Part shown: piece after piece, positions 8,390-11,271 of the stretch
Numbering within the stretch: the first letter of the stretch is position 1
Layout of the letters: each line of letters begins with the position of its first letter
Assembly (NCBI GenBank): GCA_963821525.1
Contig: CAWGED010000017.1
Span: 1-11,271 of the forward strand
DNA from: an uncultured Gemmatimonadales bacterium
GTDB lineage: Bacteria; Gemmatimonadota; Gemmatimonadetes; Gemmatimonadales; GWC2-71-9
Direction: 5' to 3'
DNA: 11,271 bases
Position numbers and translations under genes: made by a program
Notes under the pieces: generated by a model
The model's input: the letters and a program-made list of their open reading frames with translations, nothing else
Databases searched by the model: none
What the model was told of the DNA's origin: nothing

Positions 8390-9894
8390 CTACTGCGCTT
8401 TCACCGTCGCCTTGGCTGCCTCCCGCCGCGCGTTCTCCTCTTCGACGAGCCGGTAGGCGATGTAGTACTTGAAGATGTTGGAGACGTAGGTCACGGTCTC
8501 GCGTCCAATGCGCTCGGACGCGATCTGCTCGACGTTACCGAACCAGACGTTCGGGTTCAGTCGGCGCTTCTCGGCCTCCCTCCGCAGCTGGCTGACCCGG
8601 CCCGGCCCCGCGTTGTACGACGCGAAGGTGAAGAGCGCCTTGTTCAGGTCGTCCATCGGCTCGTTCTCGAAGTACGTGTCCCGCACGGTGCGCATGTATT
8701 TGACGCCGGCATGGATGTTCGGCTCGAGTAACGTGATGTCTCCGACTTTCAGTGACGCGCCGGTCTCCGGCATGATCTGCATGATGCCGATGGCTCCGAC
8801 CGGGCTCCTGGCGTTCTGATTAAGCCGGGACTCCTGATATGCCTGAGCGGCCATCAGCAAGTAATCCACGTTGTACTTGTCGCTGTACTTCCGAAACAAC
8901 TCCACGACCGCAAGGAACGTTTGCGCCCTTTCGCCGACGTTGCGCTCTGTGCATATGTCGCATCCACGAGGTATTTGCGCTGGATCTGGTCGCCAAAGGC
9001 CGATCCCGGCCCGTACTTCCCCATGAAAGTGTTCAGCGGGCGAGCAGCTGGGGGTTGTTCTTGCGGACCGCGATGCCGAGGCTGCCGCCGGTTTGCAACG
9101 CAACATTCTCGTGGACGAGGAGATTGGGAAAGACCTTGCTCCAGAAGGCTGCGAGGTAGTCGTCCACGACGATGGTCGGGATCAGGCCCGCGTTCACCAT
9201 CTCGAGCAGGTCGTCGTCCTCCAAGTTCGCCGGGGCCTCCTCAATCAGCACCGGAGGTTTGCCCTCGGCTTTGAACCTCTCGTTGAGCGCGAGCAGGTTC
9301 TGGTAATAACCGCCTAGTTTGCGGGCGAAGACTTCCCTGCCTGCCAGGTCCTCGAGGGAGTCGATCGTCGGCCTGCCGGGCGGTAACCAGGATCTGGTTG
9401 ACGTTCGTCCGGGTGGGATCGCTGAGTCGACGTACTGCTGCAGCTCCGGCGTCCGCCGGGATCTGTGCCGCAACCATGTCCACCTTGGCGTCGACGAGCG
9501 CCGGCAGGAGCATTTCCGCGGCAGCGGAAGAAGATCACAGAGATCTTGTTGCCGGTGCCGGTCTTGAAGTGTATGTAAGCCATTCCTCCATCAGCTGGCC
9601 TCATCGTACGCGATGCCGCGTTGCTTGCCCCGGTCGATGAAATCGGAGGTGCGATTGAAGGTCGCGCCGACCCGGACAGCCCGTCGCTTGACCAGCTCGT
9701 CGAGGTCGCCGGTAAACGGCGTCGGCACGTGCCTCGCGCACCGAAGCGGCAGTGGGTTTCGAGCTCGGAGGGCGGCAGTGGAATCGCGACGTCCGCGATC
9801 GGCGGTTTCTGGGCGCCGGCTTGTCGCCACCGCACGCGGTGACTGCCGCCAGAGCCAACGATCAGAACAGCGGCGAGATCGAACCGACCTTCAT
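8390..9894 (-). CDS. mltF: MltF-family membrane-bound lytic transglycosylase (substrate-binding domain plus SLT domain); N-terminal two-thirds broken by many frameshifts
   Basis: Clean SLT domain: AQAYQESRLNQNARSPVGAIGIMQIMPET (catalytic Glu in QES, 8828-8836), ASYNAGPG, GRETVTYVSNI. SBP fragments are spread over frames: PFTGDLDELVKRR, LLPALVDAKVDMVAAQ, SLEDLAGREVF, LEDDDLLEMVNAGLIPTIVVDDYLA, AVRKNNPQL. Signal/lipobox-like VTAC near the start. Confidence 0.88.
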
Positions 9895-9949
9895 CCTTCT
9901 CTCCTGCTCCATATCCTGGGGCTACTTCGCCCGTCCCCGGAGATCGCGC

Positions 9950-10215
9950 GCATCATTCAGCAGGCCTGGGTGACAGTCGTCGTTCCAAAGCCTTGGTGAC
10001 CCAGCAGGCCCTTCCCGTTCTGATATGTACCCGGCTCCCCAATAGGCGGGTGGAGCAGGAATGCCGCAAGGTGTGGCCGCTTGCCCTTTGGGGAATCCCG
10101 ATCCGCATACCACTTGCGCCATCGCTTGTTGCGCCGCCGACAGATGGAGCTGATGGCGCCGCCGCTGGCCGTGTCGCGGGACACTGCCATGGCTCGAATC
10201 ACGATCCATTGTTCG
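9950..10215 (-). pseudogene. intI: Degenerate C-terminal fragment of an integron integrase (IntI-type tyrosine recombinase)
   Basis: Stitching frames gives QW...SRD..GQRRRHQLHLSAAQQAMAQVVCGSGFPK-ASGHTLRHSCSTRLL-GAGY-IRT-KGLLGHQGFGTT. This matches the IntI pattern WQW.FP...DP.SG..RRHHLHES.VQRA...GI.KRAS.HTLRHSFATHLLE.GYDIRTVQELLGH.DV.TT. RRRH at 10153-10164, HTLRH at 10061-10075, LLGH at 9996-10007. Confidence 0.8.
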
Positions 10216-10225
10216 GGAAACGGGA

Positions 10226-10250
10226 GAACCTGCCCCACGAACCTGCCCAC
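10226..10250. repeat. Short tandem direct repeat GAACCTGCCC(C)AC x2
   Basis: GAACCTGCCCCAC (10226-10238) is immediately followed by GAACCTGCCCAC (10239-10250). Confidence 0.75.
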
Positions 10251-10267
10251 TGAATTGCTAAGTCCAA

Positions 10268-10338
10268 TTGGCCCCGGTGGATTCGAACCACCATTCTCGG
10301 ATCCAAAGTCCGATGTCCTGCCGTTGGACGAGGGGCCA
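10268..10338 (-). tRNA. tRNA-Gln (anticodon TTG), CCA not encoded
   Basis: Minus strand TGGCCCCTCGTCCAACGGCAGGACATCGGACTTTGGATCCGAGAATGGTGGTTCGAATCCACCGGGGCCAA. Acceptor stem TGGCCCC/GGGGCCA, anticodon arm TCGGA-CTTTGGA-TCCGA, T arm GGTGG-TTCGAAT-CCACC. Confidence 0.97.
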
Positions 10339-10519
10339 GTGCGGCTGCGGGAAAAGTAGTCGGTGGGTCGAAGGCCGGGCGTGGGGGGTAGGGAATAGTG
10401 GGTAGGGGGATGCTGGGGCAGCGGATTCCCCCATTTGGCCGGTCGAATTGTGCTTTAGAAAACGCCCTATGCCTGCCGCCTACTCCCGACTCCCGGCCCA
10501 ACCCGATCAACAATCCGCC

Positions 10520-10547
10520 TTGATTAGTTGTCACTAGCGACTATCTC
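10520..10547 (+). promoter_or_regulatory. Putative marR promoter with overlapping inverted-repeat operator
   Basis: -35-like TTGATT (10520-10525) and weak -10-like TATCTC (10542-10547) overlap the inverted repeat TAGTTG-N7-CGACTA (10525-10543), about 30 nt upstream of the MarR ATG. Confidence 0.55.
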
Positions 10548-10572
10548 GGCTTACCTCGACCCGGCCGACCCG

Positions 10573-11040
10573 ATGGTTGCCAAGAAAGCTCAATCCTCCC
10601 TTCAGCACGACACCGCCCAGCTGTACGCTGCCGCCACCGCCTTCATCCGCATCTACCGGTTCCGGAGCGGGATCAGGCCCTTCGCTTCGGGCTCACCGTG
10701 GTACAGGCCTATACCCTCGACATCCTGCTCGGGACCGGCGGAGTGGGGCTGACGGGCCTCGCCCAGGCGTTGCGGCTCGATAAGAGCACCACGAGTCGCG
10801 TGGTCTCGGGGATGACGCGGCATGGCCTGATCGAATGGTCACGCGCAAAGCATGACCGGCGGGCCAAGGCGATCGTCGCCTCCAGGGAAGGGAAGCGCCG
10901 GTACCAGCGACTACCGCGCCATCTTGGCCGACAACACCCGGCTACTCGCGTCCTATACGCCGAGCGAGCGACAGGCGGCCATCACCATCCTGCGACAGCT
11001 CGCCGACCGAGCCGCCGGCGGAGTAGTCAGTAGGGACTAG
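10573..11040 (+). CDS. MarR family winged-helix transcriptional regulator; two compensating frameshifts (~10664, ~10915)
   Basis: MVAKKAQSSLQHDTAQLYAAATAFIRIYRFR + ERDQALRFGLTVVQAYTLDIL..LAQALRLDKSTTSRVVSGMTRHGLI..HDRRAKAIVASREG + AILADNTRLLASYTPSERQAAITILRQL. Contains the HTH signature LDKST.SR.V and wing DRR. Confidence 0.9.
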
Positions 11041-11065
11041 GGAGTAGGGGCTAGGGAGTAGGGCT
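11024..11065 (+). repeat. Heptamer tandem repeat TAGGGRN, 6 units
   Basis: tagtcag-tagggac-tagggag-taggggc-tagggag-tagggct, overlapping the marR stop codon. Confidence 0.85.
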
Positions 11066-11205
11066 GTCATTCCGAGCGAAGCGAGAGCCTGCCCTGAGCA
11101 ACGCGAGGGGAATCCCCAATGCATCCTCGTCGACTCGTAGAGATCCCCAATCCTCGTCGCTTCGCTCCCCTCGCTCCGCTCGGGGCAGGCTCTCGGAATG
11201 ACAGC
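11063..11205. repeat. Nested palindromic REP/MITE-like element (GTCATTCCGAGCGAAGCGAG type)
   Basis: Perfect 14 bp terminal IR GCTGTCATTCCGAG (11063-11076) / CTCGGAATGACAGC (11192-11205). Inner 29 bp IR 11083-11111 / 11166-11194 (25/29). Third perfect 11 bp IR 11074-11084 / 11157-11167. Confidence 0.85.
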
Positions 11206-11222
11206 TTCACCTGGGCTCCGCT

Positions 11223-11271
11223 TTTCCCTTCTCCTTTCTCCCATCTCCCGTCTTCCGTCTCCCGTCTCCCG
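11223..11271. repeat. Heptamer tandem repeat TCTCCCG, 7 units to the window edge
   Basis: tttccct-tctcctt-tctccca-tctcccg-tcttccg-tctcccg-tctcccg. Confidence 0.85.

Noticed and set aside
9922..10250. ORFs 9922..10209 and 9957..10250 as independent small genes
   Set aside because: Each carries alternating pieces of the frameshifted intI remnant.
10942..11244. 100 aa minus-strand ORF (VIPRACPERSEG...)
   Set aside because: It is a translation of the palindromic and heptamer repeats and overlaps marR antisense.
11024..11271. Repeat region as a CRISPR array
   Set aside because: No conserved 23-50 nt direct repeats with unique spacers, and no cas genes in the window.

Overview
GC-rich bacterial window, probably Gemmatimonadota-like (inferred from GC richness and Big_2/Ig-type lipoproteins). 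Most genes are on the minus strand. From left to right: a VOC/glyoxalase protein, a Big_2 plus 7-bladed beta-propeller lipoprotein, a Cys-containing secreted protein, an AAA_33-type P-loop kinase, a Zn-dependent MDR dehydrogenase, a small Imm74-like protein, two membrane proteins, a plus-strand NIPSNAP-like protein, a lipoprotein, a truncated Ig-like lipoprotein, an MltF-family lytic transglycosylase, tRNA-Gln(TTG), and a plus-strand MarR regulator with a likely operator. Many genes are split by single-base indels, often in homopolymers, which most likely reflects long-read consensus error. The main hidden feature, missed by the ORF track, is a frameshifted C-terminal remnant of an integron integrase (IntI) next to the tRNA-Gln 3' end; no attC sites were found in the window. 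The right end holds a nested ~143 bp palindrome flanked by oppositely oriented G-rich/C-rich heptamer arrays. I see no clearly supported, intact novel system.
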